Notes: generated by a model from the sequence alone, not told the origin. Counted from the stretch's first letter, positions 1 to 10,179 are shown. The stretch is 61,796 nt of DNA from Eubacteriales bacterium (GCA_050309735.1 JBNRMS010000011.1:1-61796), one strand, 5' to 3'. Program-made: numbers and translations.

Positions 1-7
1 TGCTCAT
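1..7 (-). CDS. Start of a divergent gene running off the left edge (ATG AGC...), product unknown
   Basis: Minus-strand ATG at 7, GGAGG RBS at 14-18, promoter just upstream; only 2 codons visible. Confidence 0.5.
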
Positions 8-34
8 ACCATACCTCCCGCTGTCCTTGGCTTT

Positions 35-63
35 ATTATACATCATAGCAGGAGTTTCGTAAA
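35..63 (-). promoter_or_regulatory. Putative sigma-A promoter for the leftward gene
   Basis: Minus strand TTTACG (63-58), 17 bp spacer, TATAAT (40-35). Confidence 0.5.
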
Positions 64-118
64 TACGACATCAGAAGGGGCTTTTGGTCGTTTTGCTCGT
101 TTTTCAGCTTTGTGCTGA

Positions 119-1129
119 ATAGTTACATTTGATGTTATTATTGGCAATCCGCCATACCAATTAAACATCGGTGTAGAAAAAGAAAACTACGCTGTGCCGA
201 TTTACCACAAATTCATTGAACAGGCCAAGAAGCTCAATCCTCGCTTTTTGACGATGATTATTCCTGCACGTTGGTATGCTGGTGGTCGTGGTTTGGAAGA
301 GTTCCGCGAGCAAATGCTACACGATGATCGGTTACGTGTAATTCACGATTTTCCTGATGCGGGGGATGTATTCCCCGGTGTTCAGATCAAGGCCGGTGTA
401 TGCTATTTCCTTTGGGATAGGGATAATCATGGTGACTGTTCAGTGACCACCCATCTTAATGGTGACGAAATTGGCCCTGTGGAACGACCGCTTCTTGAGA
501 AGGGAAATGATACGTTTATTAGGTATAATCAGGCTATTTCAATTATCAAGAAAGTCTACAATCCCAGTGAAAAATCGTTTAGTGAACTGGTTAGTCCACA
601 AACTCCGTTTGGTATTGTCACAAGTTATAAAGGAACGGAGAGACCCCAATCTCGTACAGATGTAAAAATGTACATAAGCGGCAATGACAAGAAGTTTAAA
701 GGCAAAGCTTTTTATGCTCCCTATAGCATGATTACAAAAGGCCACGAGATGATTCCGTGGCACAAGATCTACATCAATATGGCTGGAAGTGGCAGCGATT
801 CGTTCCCACATCAAATTTTGGGCAAGCCTTTTTATGGGGAGCCTGATACCATCTGCAATCAGAGCTATCTGGTAATTGGCCCATTCGCTAATAAGCAAGA
901 ATGCGAAAACGCCATGTCTTATATTGCCACTAAATTTTTCCGCTTTATGGTATTGCAGAAAAAGAATGCTCAGCACGCTATGAGAGGCGTCTATCAACTT
1001 GTTCCAATGCAAGACTTCTCTAAGCCTTGGACCGATGAAGAGCTATATGAAAAGTATAGAATATCCGATTCGGAAATTGCTTTTATTGATTCCATGATCA
1101 AGCCGATGGATCTTGGAGGTGACGAGTAA
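119..1129 (+). pseudogene. C-terminal half of an Eco57I-like (type IIG-related) N6-adenine DNA methyltransferase/specificity protein with no N-terminus; silent cassette or truncated gene
   Basis: Frame opens after TGA at 116-118 and reads IVTFDVIIGNPPYQ...IIPARWYAGG...; NPPY motif present; no SAM-binding motif I, ATG or RBS; ORF track starts later at GTG 194. Confidence 0.75.
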
Positions 1130-4086
1130 TGGCAGAAATGGAGTTTTTCCCTCAACGGCCAGAATCACACCCTACGATATACGCCTATGAATTCGTAGGT
1201 GTGGCCTCCCATCAGGGCTATATCAAGGTCGGTTATACCGAGCGTGATGTTGAGACCCGTATAAAGGAACAGATCCATGCCGCCGCCGTGCCGTACCGCA
1301 TCCTCGGCCAGTGGTCCGCCATGAAAAATGACGGCAGCTGCTTCACTGACCATGACGTCCACGCTGTTCTGAAAGCAAAAGGTAAACAGCAGCTGAACGC
1401 CGGTGAGGACCGCAACGAGTGGTTCAAATGCACGCTGAACGATGTGAAGGCCGCTGTTGTGGCCGTACAGACCGGTGCGGAAAATGTCGAAGAGCGTACA
1501 CAGACCTTCGCCATGCGTCCAGAGCAGGAATACGCCGTGGATATGACCATGAAGTATTTCAAATCGGCCTATGAGGAAGGCAGCGGCAGAACGCCGAAAT
1601 TCCTGTGGAACGCCAAGATGCGCTTCGGCAAGACCTTTGCGGCCTATCAGCTGGCAAAGAAAATGGACATGAAGCGTGTGCTGATCCTCACCTTCAAACC
1701 GGCGGTGCAGACTGCATGGCGTGAGGATCTGCTGACGCACATGGATTTCGAGGGCTGGCAGTTCATCACACGGCCTACCGTACCCGGCGGTCTGACAAAT
1801 GATCAGCAGTACAGACAAGCGGATAAATCTCGGCCCATCGTCTGCTTCGGCTCGTTTCAGGATTTCCTCGGTGTGAACAAGGAGACCGGAGGCATCAAGG
1901 CCAATAACGAGTGGGTCCACACCACGAACTGGGACCTCGTCATTTTCGATGAGTACCATTTCGGCGCATGGAAGGACAGCGCAAAAAAGCTGTTTGAGCA
2001 GGATGAGGATACCTACGAAGAGGACCTTTCCAAATACGATGCCGGTAACGCCTACGATGAAACGTGGCTGCCGATCACCACAACCTATTACCTCTATCTC
2101 TCCGGCACGCCGTTCCGTGCGCTGAATTCCGGTGAGTTTATCGAGGAGCAGATCTATAACTGGACCTATTCCGATGAGCAGAGGGCCAAGGCCGAATGGA
2201 AAGGCGAAGGCGTCAATCCCTACGCTGCTCTGCCGAGAATGGTTATGCTTACATACAAGATCCCGGAGAGCATCCAGCGCATTGCCAAACAGGGCGAATT
2301 TGATGAGTTTGACCTGAACGTGTTCTTCTCCGCTGAAGGCACCGGCAAGGACGCACATTTCAAATATGAGGATTACGTGCAGAAATGGCTGGATCTGATC
2401 CGTGGCTCGTATCTGGAGACCTCTGTGGACGAACTGAAGCTCGGTGCGCAAAAGCCGCCGATGCCGTATTCGGATACCCGTCTTCTGAACGTGCTGTCCC
2501 ATACGCTGTGGTTTATGCCAAACGTGGCCTCCTGCTACGCTATGGCCAATCTGCTGGCACAGAAGCAAAATGCGTTCTACCACGACTACAAGGTCAACGT
2601 CTGCGCCGGAACACAAGCCGGTATCGGTGTTGCCGCTCTGGAGCCAGTTCGTCGTTCTATGGGCGATCCGCTTGAGACAAAGACCATCACGCTCTCCTGC
2701 GGCAAGCTGACCACAGGCGTCACCATCAGACCGTGGACCGGTATCTTCATGCTCCGTAACCTCTCCTCACCGGAGACCTATTTCCAAGCGGCCTTCCGTG
2801 TGCAGAGCCCGTGGGAGATCACAAAGGATAACGGTGAGCGTGAGATCGTCAAGCAGGAGTGCTATGTCTTTGACTTTGCGCTGGACCGTGCGCTCCGCCA
2901 GATTTCCGATTATTCCTGCCGCCTGAACGTGGCCGAGAGCAATCCGGAAAAGAAGGTCGGTGAGTTCATCAATTTCCTGCCGGTGCTGGCGTATGACGGC
3001 AGTGCCATGCGTCAGGTCAATGCGGCTGAAATCCTCGATATCGCTATGGCCGGTACATCCGCCACGCTGCTTGCGAAACGCTGGGAGAGTGCATTGCTCG
3101 TTAATGTTGATAACGACACGCTTGCCCGTCTGCTTGCCAGCGAGGAGGCGATGGATGCTCTCATGCGTATTGAAGGATTCCGTAGCCTGAACGCCGATAT
3201 TGAAACCATTATAAACAAGTCCAATGCCGTCAAGAAGGCCAAGCGTGACGGCGAAAAGCTGACGCCGAAGGAAAAGAAAGAGCTGACGGACGCCGAAAAG
3301 GAATACAAGTCCAAGCGAAAGATGATTCAGGAAAAGCTGATCAAATTCGCTACCCGTGTGCCGGTCTTCATGTATTTGACCGATTACCGGGAATACAGCC
3401 TGCAGGACGTCATAACACAGCTGGAGCCGGAGCTGTTCAAGAAGGTCACCGGTCTGGACGTGAAGGATTTCGAACTGCTCGTATCGCTGAACGTATTCAA
3501 CGAGGCCCTGATGAACGATGCCGTTTACAAATTCAAACGGTATGAAGACGCCAGCCTGATTTACACCGGTATTGATAAGCACACAGGCGAAAATGTCGGT
3601 CTGTACAGTACCGTTATCAGCCGTGCGGATTATGACGCTATGGCCGGTCAGCTTGCGGCATCCATGACGGCGGACGCTCCCCGTGATGATGATCTTCCGG
3701 AGCGGCCCGTCTTCACGAATATCAGCAGCTACGATTTGGATGATGAGGACGAGGACGATCTGCCGATGGTAGCTGAGAAACCGGCGAAATACGGCAACGT
3801 CAAGCGTGAGCCGCTCGTCCAGCCCTCTAAGCCGGTATCCATGCCGACATACCGTCCGGCATATGTGCCGCCTACACCTACTGTTGCTCCTGTGGCAAAG
3901 AAACCGACCGTGCACGTTGACACCTCAAAGGTCCATGCCGGGACCATCGTTTCCCATAAGGCATTCGGCATCGGTCAGGTCAAGGGCATCGATGGAGGTC
4001 TAATTGTCGTTGTCTTCGGCGGTGTAGATAAGAAGTTCCAGTTCCCCGGAGCCTTTGAACAGGGCTTCTTGAAACTGGATGAATAG
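1129..4086 (+). CDS. Restriction-associated nuclease-helicase (N-terminal T5orf172/GIY-YIG domain, SF2 DEAD-like helicase, C-terminal Tudor-like tail)
   Basis: IYAY..GYIKVGYT..EWF nuclease motifs; Walker A AKMRFGKT; DEYH; SGT; GGAGGT RBS; TAATG overlap with the MTase stop. Confidence 0.85.
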   Translation: MAEMEFFPQRPESHPTIYAYEFVGVASHQGYIKVGYTERDVETRIKEQIHAAAVPYRILGQWSAMKNDGSCFTDHDVHAVLKAKGKQQLNAGEDRNEWFKCTLNDVKAAVVAVQTGAENVEERTQTFAMRPEQEYAVDMTMKYFKSAYEEGSGRTPKFLWNAKMRFGKTFAAYQLAKKMDMKRVLILTFKPAVQTAWREDLLTHMDFEGWQFITRPTVPGGLTNDQQYRQADKSRPIVCFGSFQDFLGVNKETGGIKANNEWVHTTNWDLVIFDEYHFGAWKDSAKKLFEQDEDTYEEDLSKYDAGNAYDETWLPITTTYYLYLSGTPFRALNSGEFIEEQIYNWTYSDEQRAKAEWKGEGVNPYAALPRMVMLTYKIPESIQRIAKQGEFDEFDLNVFFSAEGTGKDAHFKYEDYVQKWLDLIRGSYLETSVDELKLGAQKPPMPYSDTRLLNVLSHTLWFMPNVASCYAMANLLAQKQNAFYHDYKVNVCAGTQAGIGVAALEPVRRSMGDPLETKTITLSCGKLTTGVTIRPWTGIFMLRNLSSPETYFQAAFRVQSPWEITKDNGEREIVKQECYVFDFALDRALRQISDYSCRLNVAESNPEKKVGEFINFLPVLAYDGSAMRQVNAAEILDIAMAGTSATLLAKRWESALLVNVDNDTLARLLASEEAMDALMRIEGFRSLNADIETIINKSNAVKKAKRDGEKLTPKEKKELTDAEKEYKSKRKMIQEKLIKFATRVPVFMYLTDYREYSLQDVITQLEPELFKKVTGLDVKDFELLVSLNVFNEALMNDAVYKFKRYEDASLIYTGIDKHTGENVGLYSTVISRADYDAMAGQLAASMTADAPRDDDLPERPVFTNISSYDLDDEDEDDLPMVAEKPAKYGNVKREPLVQPSKPVSMPTYRPAYVPPTPTVAPVAKKPTVHVDTSKVHAGTIVSHKAFGIGQVKGIDGGLIVVVFGGVDKKFQFPGAFEQGFLKLDE

Positions 4087-4108
4087 CAAGGAACAAGGGG
4101 TGAGTATT

Positions 4109-5533
4109 ATGGCTGTTAGAAAAGAAGAGTTGATCAGAGAATATGCGAAAGCTATACGCGAAGGTAATGCTGCCATTTTTGGTGGCGCTGGACTATCACG
4201 ACCTTCTGGCTTTGTAGATTGGAAAGGCTTGCTTCGCCCGTTGGCTTCTGATATTGGATTAGATGTTGATAAAGAAACAGATATGCTTTCTGTTGCTCAA
4301 TTCTATAAAAACCAAAGGAGAACGCGAGCTGGAATAAACCAAGCAATCCTTGATGCTTTTTCTGTGGATGCTCAGATAAATGAAAACATCCGGATTATTT
4401 CACGATTACCAATATTCACATATTGGACAACGAACTATGATGAGTTGTTGGAAAAAGGTATTCGAGAAGCAAACAGAAATCCTGATGTCAAATCGGAATC
4501 TGACCAACTCTCAAACATGAAGCGGGATAGAGATGCAATCGTATATAAAATGCATGGAGATGTTAATCACCCTGCAAAGGCGGTATTAACTAAAGAGGAC
4601 TATGAGCTTTATGAGCATCACCGCCCCCTGTTCCGCACAGCATTAAAAGGCGATTTAGTTTCAAAAGTATTCCTATTTATCGGGTTCAGCTTTGAAGACC
4701 CTAATTTGGACTATATATTGGGTCAAATTCACTCTCTTCTTGGAGAGAATGTTCCGAATCATTATTGCTTCTTTAAACGGGTTCAAGAAAATGAATTCAG
4801 CGATCCGGCAGAATACGGGTATTGCAAAGCAAGACAAGACATGCAGGAAGAAAACCTGCGAAATTATGGTATTCAAACGGTTTTTGTAGATTCCTATAAT
4901 GAGATAACGGATATTCTCCGTGAAATTGAAAGGGTCTCAAAGCTGCATAATGTTTTTATTTCCGGAAGTGCTCACGAGTATACAGCTCCGTGGAACAAAC
5001 AGCGTGCTGAAGAATTGGCGAGAAAGCTTGCTGGCGCTTTAGTACATGAGGAGTGCCGCATAACATCCGGATTTGGGCTCGGTTTAGGTTCCGCTATTAT
5101 AAATGGTGCTCTTGATATTATCTACAGTGAAAAATATAGACATATCGATGAGCATTTATGTCTACGACCATTCCCGCAAAACATTTCTGATCCGGATGAT
5201 AGGGCAAAGCGGTGGAAAGAGTACCGTGAAAGTATTATGGATGAAACAAGCATTTCGGTTTTCTTGTTTGGAAATAAATATGATGCCGCTACCGAAAGTA
5301 CAGTTGTAGCTGATGGCTGCATTCAGGAATTTGAAATAGCTAAGGCTAAAGGTAATCTTATAATCCCGATTGGTAGTACCGGATACGCCGCAAAAGTCAT
5401 CAGTGACGAGGTGAAATGCAATATATCAGACTATCCTTACCTTTCTGACGTTATTGGAAGATTGGAGACAGAAACCGATATTGATAGTATTGTTACACTC
5501 GTCATGGATGTAATAAAAAAACAGCAAAACTAA
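4109..5533 (+). CDS. thsA: Thoeris ThsA (SIR2 NADase plus SLOG/STALD domain)
   Basis: GGAGLS..W, TTNYD and KMHGD SIR2 motifs; C-terminal FISGSA, SGFGLGLG, LRPFPQ, EFEIA..IPIGSTG SLOG motifs; adjacent TIR genes. Confidence 0.9.
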   Translation: MAVRKEELIREYAKAIREGNAAIFGGAGLSRPSGFVDWKGLLRPLASDIGLDVDKETDMLSVAQFYKNQRRTRAGINQAILDAFSVDAQINENIRIISRLPIFTYWTTNYDELLEKGIREANRNPDVKSESDQLSNMKRDRDAIVYKMHGDVNHPAKAVLTKEDYELYEHHRPLFRTALKGDLVSKVFLFIGFSFEDPNLDYILGQIHSLLGENVPNHYCFFKRVQENEFSDPAEYGYCKARQDMQEENLRNYGIQTVFVDSYNEITDILREIERVSKLHNVFISGSAHEYTAPWNKQRAEELARKLAGALVHEECRITSGFGLGLGSAIINGALDIIYSEKYRHIDEHLCLRPFPQNISDPDDRAKRWKEYRESIMDETSISVFLFGNKYDAATESTVVADGCIQEFEIAKAKGNLIIPIGSTGYAAKVISDEVKCNISDYPYLSDVIGRLETETDIDSIVTLVMDVIKKQQN

Positions 5534-5546
5534 GGAGGAAAGAATA

Positions 5547-6044
5547 ATGGCAAAACGACAAGTGTTTTTCAGCTTTGAATATGGGAAGGACGCATGGAGA
5601 GCCTCTCAAGTTCGGAATATGGGCAAAGTCAGTGACTCATCAACTTTTTCGGACAATGATTGGGAAGAAGTGAAAAATAAGAGCGACAAAGAGATTAAGG
5701 CTTGGATTGATGACCAGATGGCTAAAAGATCCTGTATTGTCGTTTTAATTGGCAAAACCACTTCTACACGCAAATGGGTAAAATACGAAATCGAAAAGGC
5801 ATATGAGCTTAATAAGGGAATTGTGGGGATTTATATCCACAAGCTAAAAGATGAAGGCGGGAACCAAACGGACAAGGGCGCAAATCCGTTTTATTCTGTA
5901 TATACCAATGATGGCGAAAGGTTGTCTAAGTATGTAACTTGTTTTGATTCAAATTATCAGACAAGCAAATACGTTTACGATGATATTTCAGACAATATTG
6001 AGGATTTAATAGAGGACGCTTTGAGTAACAAAGCACCACAGTGA
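5547..6044 (+). CDS. thsB: Thoeris ThsB TIR-domain protein (DUF1863-like)
   Basis: VFFSF..D.WR..QVRN, SCIVVLIG..T..RKWVKYEI (catalytic Glu), KGIVGIYIH; AGGAGG RBS. Confidence 0.9.
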   Translation: MAKRQVFFSFEYGKDAWRASQVRNMGKVSDSSTFSDNDWEEVKNKSDKEIKAWIDDQMAKRSCIVVLIGKTTSTRKWVKYEIEKAYELNKGIVGIYIHKLKDEGGNQTDKGANPFYSVYTNDGERLSKYVTCFDSNYQTSKYVYDDISDNIEDLIEDALSNKAPQ

Positions 6045-6054
6045 GGGCTTGACC

Positions 6055-6648
6055 ATGGCAAAGAATGTTTTTATTTCATTCCGTTTTAGCGATGGAAACA
6101 GGTATAAGGAATACTTATCAGGGCTTTTTGACAAGTATAGTGATACTATTGATTATTCTGAGGATGTGGATCGTTCTCGAATGTCAGACGTTACAATAAA
6201 GCAATATTTATATGGAAAGCTTCGTAGATCCAGCGTTACTATTGTTCTATTAACGCCATCAGCGGTTAATCACAAAAAGAGCTGGATGGGGAACTACGAC
6301 GATTGGATGTATGATGAAATCAGATACTCCCTTGAAAGCAGAGAAGGAAATCGTACAAATGGTCTTGTAGCAGTGTATACGCCGGAGGCTACTGACTTGC
6401 TTATAAATATTCAACCATCTGGAACGGTATCCGTTAACAATGTGGACAATCTGTTTAGAAAAAACATGATGAATGTTAAACCACAGTACAAGAAAAATCC
6501 AAATCCCGGTATATTCGATAGGGATTATGATTCTTATTGCTCATTAATTGGGTGGGAGGAATTTATAAAAAATATCGGGAAATACATCAATATCGCGTCT
6601 GAAAAACGAGATAATATATATAGATTTGATATTACAAAAAGGCTATAA
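6055..6648 (+). CDS. thsB: Second Thoeris ThsB-like TIR-domain protein
   Basis: VFISFR, SSVTIVLL, DWMYDEIRYSL (catalytic Glu); co-oriented directly after the first thsB. Confidence 0.8.
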   Translation: MAKNVFISFRFSDGNRYKEYLSGLFDKYSDTIDYSEDVDRSRMSDVTIKQYLYGKLRRSSVTIVLLTPSAVNHKKSWMGNYDDWMYDEIRYSLESREGNRTNGLVAVYTPEATDLLINIQPSGTVSVNNVDNLFRKNMMNVKPQYKKNPNPGIFDRDYDSYCSLIGWEEFIKNIGKYINIASEKRDNIYRFDITKRL

Positions 6649-6704
6649 AGCGCACCTGCCAGTGCCAGAATGCACCTTGTATCAATCATTATGCCCAAAG
6701 CCAT

Positions 6705-6733
6705 AAAAACCATCGATTTTGTCGATGGTTTTT
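6705..6733. terminator. Bidirectional intrinsic terminator after the Thoeris operon
   Basis: AAAAACCATCGA-TTTTG-TCGATGGTTTTT perfect inverted repeat. Confidence 0.7.
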
Positions 6734-6866
6734 CCTTTTGCTTGAACGCGATATGGGTGAAAATGGATAATCATGGATTGTTTGCCTCCCCCTCCGGTCG
6801 CACCGACAACATCGGCAGTCACGACCGCTTTTCCTTCCCCGGCATTCATATGAACACATAATAATC

Positions 6867-6891
6867 AGGGCCACCGCGGTGCGGCAGCCCT
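6867..6891 (-). terminator. Terminator-like hairpin for the pgi operon
   Basis: Minus strand GGGCTGCCGC-ACC-GCGGTGGCCC pairs fully with G-U wobbles. Confidence 0.5.
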
Positions 6892-6902
6892 TTTTATTTA
6901 TT

Positions 6903-7313
6903 TTATAGGAATTTCTTCAATACTTCAGCTTCGCTTCCCTTTGCGAGGGTGGAGGTCATAATTATGTTGACGCCGGTCTTTTCGGATAGAACATCAAGCT
7001 CAAGGACAGCTCTTTCAAAAGCTACAACATCATCGCCGCAAATTTTCAGCGCACCGTCGATAAATATTTCGGTGATGTCGTGGTTGCTTGCGATAAGCCC
7101 AGCTATGAATCCAAAGAGAGCCTCGGCATTGGTTACCAAATACTCGTCGATATTGATAAGACGCACATTGTAGCCGATATCAAATCTTAGCTTGATACCC
7201 TTCTCTACGCAGACAACACTTCCCTTAGTAACGTTGACCGCCTCGTTGACCATTTTGATGAGGGTTTTGGTTTTTCCCGTTCCGGGGACGCCGGTAATCA
7301 ATTTTATCATCAT
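6903..7313 (-). CDS. Small conserved P-loop protein of Clostridia
   Basis: N-terminal GVPGTGKT Walker A; FIAGLIASNHDI..IFIDG; GGAGG RBS. Confidence 0.75.
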   Translation of the reverse strand: MMIKLITGVPGTGKTKTLIKMVNEAVNVTKGSVVCVEKGIKLRFDIGYNVRLINIDEYLVTNAEALFGFIAGLIASNHDITEIFIDGALKICGDDVVAFERAVLELDVLSEKTGVNIIMTSTLAKGSEAEVLKKFL

Positions 7314-7331
7314 ATTCCTCCAAAAATATAT

Positions 7332-8666
7332 TTAACCGATCCTGTCTTCAAGCGCTTTTTTTATATTCTCGAATCCCGGCTTTCCGAGCAACGCATACAT
7401 ATTTGTTTTATACTCCTCAACACCGGGCTGATTAAAGGGATTAATTCCGAGCAAATACCCCGACATCGCGCAGGCAAGCTCAAAAAAGTATATCATCGCT
7501 CCAAGATTTTTTGCATCTCTTTTATCAAGCTCAAGAACTATGTTAGGAACCCCGCCGTCGACATGCGCGAGCAGCGTGCCCTGCATTGCCATATTATTTA
7601 CATAGAAAAGGGTTTTTCCCGAAACAAATCCAAGCCCGTCAATATCAGCGGTATCCTCGGGGATTATAAGGTCTGTATCGGGGGTTTTTATCGCGATAAC
7701 CGTTTCAAACTGATTTCTCAGGCCATCCTGAATGTACTGACCGAGCGAATGCAGGTCTGTCGAGAAGATAACCGACGCTGGGAATATTCCCTTTTTATCC
7801 TTGCCCTCGCTCTCGCCGAATAGTTGCTTCCACCATTCGCAGAAACTCAGCATATACGGCTCATATCCTACAAGAATCTCGGTTACTCTTCCCTTTCGAT
7901 AAAGTATGTTTCGCAGCGCCGCATAGCGGTAGCAGTCGTTTTTGTATATGTCCGGGTTGCTAAAGGCAACTCTCGCTTGGTTTGCCCCGGCCATCAGCCG
8001 GTCTATATCTATCCCCGCCACGGCAATTGGCAAAAGCCCCACCGGCGTGAGAACCGAAAATCTACCGCCCACGTCATCGGGAACTGTAAAGGTAGTATAA
8101 CCCATGCTGTCGGCAAATTTTTTGAGCGTTCCCCGCTCCCGGTCGGTGGTTACGAAAATGCGTTCTCGCGCGCCCTTCACCCCGTATTCTTCCTCAAGCA
8201 GACCTCTGAAAATTCTGAAGGCAATAGCCGGTTCGGTGGTTGTGCCAGACTTTGAAATTACATTGATAGCCACTCTTTTGCCGCGGCAGATTTCCAGGAG
8301 TTCGTTTGTGGCCGACGCACTGATATTGTTTCCGGCAAAATATATCTCGGGCATATCCGAGGGCAGCCGGTTGTACATATTCGATTTTATAAATTCGATA
8401 ACCGCTCTTGACCCAAGATATGAACCTCCGATGCCTATCACAATAAACACATCGCAAATCTCGCGGATTAAAGCGGCGGCCTTCTTAATTTTTTGAAACT
8501 CTGCGCGGTCGTAATTTTCGGGCAGGTTAACCCATCCGAGAAAATCAGATCCCGCTCCGCTCGCCTCGCGGATCATTCGGTCTGCCGTCTCAACCATTGG
8601 AGCTATGTTATCAAGTTCTCCGCTGTCAAGAAACGGATTTACATAATATTCGTTTATCCTTATCAT
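7332..8666 (-). CDS. pgi: Glucose-6-phosphate isomerase
   Basis: [55 protein letters not shown]. Confidence 0.97.
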   Translation of the reverse strand: MIRINEYYVNPFLDSGELDNIAPMVETADRMIREASGAGSDFLGWVNLPENYDRAEFQKIKKAAALIREICDVFIVIGIGGSYLGSRAVIEFIKSNMYNRLPSDMPEIYFAGNNISASATNELLEICRGKRVAINVISKSGTTTEPAIAFRIFRGLLEEEYGVKGARERIFVTTDRERGTLKKFADSMGYTTFTVPDDVGGRFSVLTPVGLLPIAVAGIDIDRLMAGANQARVAFSNPDIYKNDCYRYAALRNILYRKGRVTEILVGYEPYMLSFCEWWKQLFGESEGKDKKGIFPASVIFSTDLHSLGQYIQDGLRNQFETVIAIKTPDTDLIIPEDTADIDGLGFVSGKTLFYVNNMAMQGTLLAHVDGGVPNIVLELDKRDAKNLGAMIYFFELACAMSGYLLGINPFNQPGVEEYKTNMYALLGKPGFENIKKALEDRIG

Positions 8667-8744
8667 TTACCATGCTTCCTATACGCTTTTATACTACATC
8701 TTTATTCTACTACATTTCTACAAATTTTTCAACTGTTTTTTAAA

Positions 8745-9953
8745 TTATGCAATCAAAAAATACTGAAATACCCGCGCAAGAAGCTGAAAGAAGCTGATTT
8801 TATCAACCTTCCCCGAGGTAATAATATCGCTCTCCCCTATTATTTCATCACCGCACTTGTATTTTATGCTGCCAACCGTCTCTCCCGCCCTCACCGGAGC
8901 TGCTACGCTCTCTTGAATTTCGATTATTTTCTCAACTTTACTCTCGCTCCCCTTATCCACAACACAGGAAAAGCGCTGCGACTTCATCCCTACCGCATCG
9001 TCAACCCCGCCTGTCACCTTAATATTTCCCGCGTCACTCTCCTCGTCTACATAGAGCGAATAGTTGGCAAAGCCCCAGTCAAGCAGAGTCATCGCGGCGT
9101 AGTTGCGGATATCACGCGTGTCAGACGCCATTATAACGCAGATAAGGTGCATACCGTCGCGTTTTGCGGTGGCGCTTATGCAGAACCTCGCCTTTGAGGT
9201 CGAGCCGGTTTTAAGCCCTGTTGCGCCGCGGTAGAAACGGACAAGGCGGTTTGTGTTTGTCAGGCCGAAGGCACCGTCGCGTATCGAATCCATCCAAATC
9301 GAGCTATACTCAAGGATTTTGGGATATCGCATCAGCTCGCGCGACATGATCGCAACGTCGCGCGCAGATGTTACATGATTTACCACCGTATCGTCAAGCC
9401 CGTTTGTATTCTCGAAATTGGTATTATTCATGCCCAGCTCCTTGGCGCGGCGATTCATCCGTGCGACAAAGGCCTCCTCGCTTCCGGCGACAGCCTCGGC
9501 GAGCACAAGGGCAGCATCATTAGCCGAGCTGATAACGACGCACTTGAGGAGTTCGTCAACCGACATCTCCTCTCCTTCCTCAAGGTAGACCTGCGAGCCC
9601 CCCATAGACGCCGCATTTGCGCTGCATGAGAGGATGTCATCCAGCTTTAGTATGCCCGCATCTATTGCTTCCATAACCAGGAGCAGAGTCATGATTTTTG
9701 TAACCGACGCCGGAGGTAGAGCCTCGTCGGCATTCATTTCGTAAAGCACCTTCCCCGTTTCGGCTTCCATCAGTATCGCGCCGACGCATTTGAGCGTCAA
9801 ATTCGCTTCAATCTCTGCCCGAGCCGATGTGGTGATACTCATCTCTTCCCCTCCGGCATTACCCGCCGCCGAGGATGGCAAGATTAATCCCGACAGAATC
9901 ACCGCAGCCAAAAAAACACAGACAAACCTATTCATTTTCATGCCAAAAACCAT
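8745..9953 (-). CDS. dacF: D-alanyl-D-alanine carboxypeptidase (peptidase S11, DacF-like)
   Basis: Signal peptide; PASVTK (SxxK), SAND, GLKTG; ASMGGSQVYL. Confidence 0.88.
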   Translation of the reverse strand: MVFGMKMNRFVCVFLAAVILSGLILPSSAAGNAGGEEMSITTSARAEIEANLTLKCVGAILMEAETGKVLYEMNADEALPPASVTKIMTLLLVMEAIDAGILKLDDILSCSANAASMGGSQVYLEEGEEMSVDELLKCVVISSANDAALVLAEAVAGSEEAFVARMNRRAKELGMNNTNFENTNGLDDTVVNHVTSARDVAIMSRELMRYPKILEYSSIWMDSIRDGAFGLTNTNRLVRFYRGATGLKTGSTSKARFCISATAKRDGMHLICVIMASDTRDIRNYAAMTLLDWGFANYSLYVDEESDAGNIKVTGGVDDAVGMKSQRFSCVVDKGSESKVEKIIEIQESVAAPVRAGETVGSIKYKCGDEIIGESDIITSGKVDKISFFQLLARVFQYFLIA

Positions 9954-10179
9954 ACCTTTCTATCAGCCGATATTTGTGCCGCTATCGCAGCCGCTATATT
10001 TCAGCCATTATCAATGACCGCAAAGGCACAAGGCTTGTTATTTGAAGAAAACTTGTTTTATTCAAATAATTCAAGCATCATATCTCAATTTTTTTATTAT
10101 AAGATATGACGCGACCTTGCCGATTATAACAGCATATACTATAACAGAAATACGATTTTATCAAGCATGATAGAAAGGG

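Noticed and set aside
1165-3915. Long antisense ORFs (483 aa and 382 aa) opposite the helicase
   Set aside because: Shadow ORFs of a GC-rich coding strand; no motifs or RBS
6670-6874. Short ORFs of 63 and 61 aa after Thoeris
   Set aside because: They span a terminator hairpin, lack an RBS and resemble no protein I recognise
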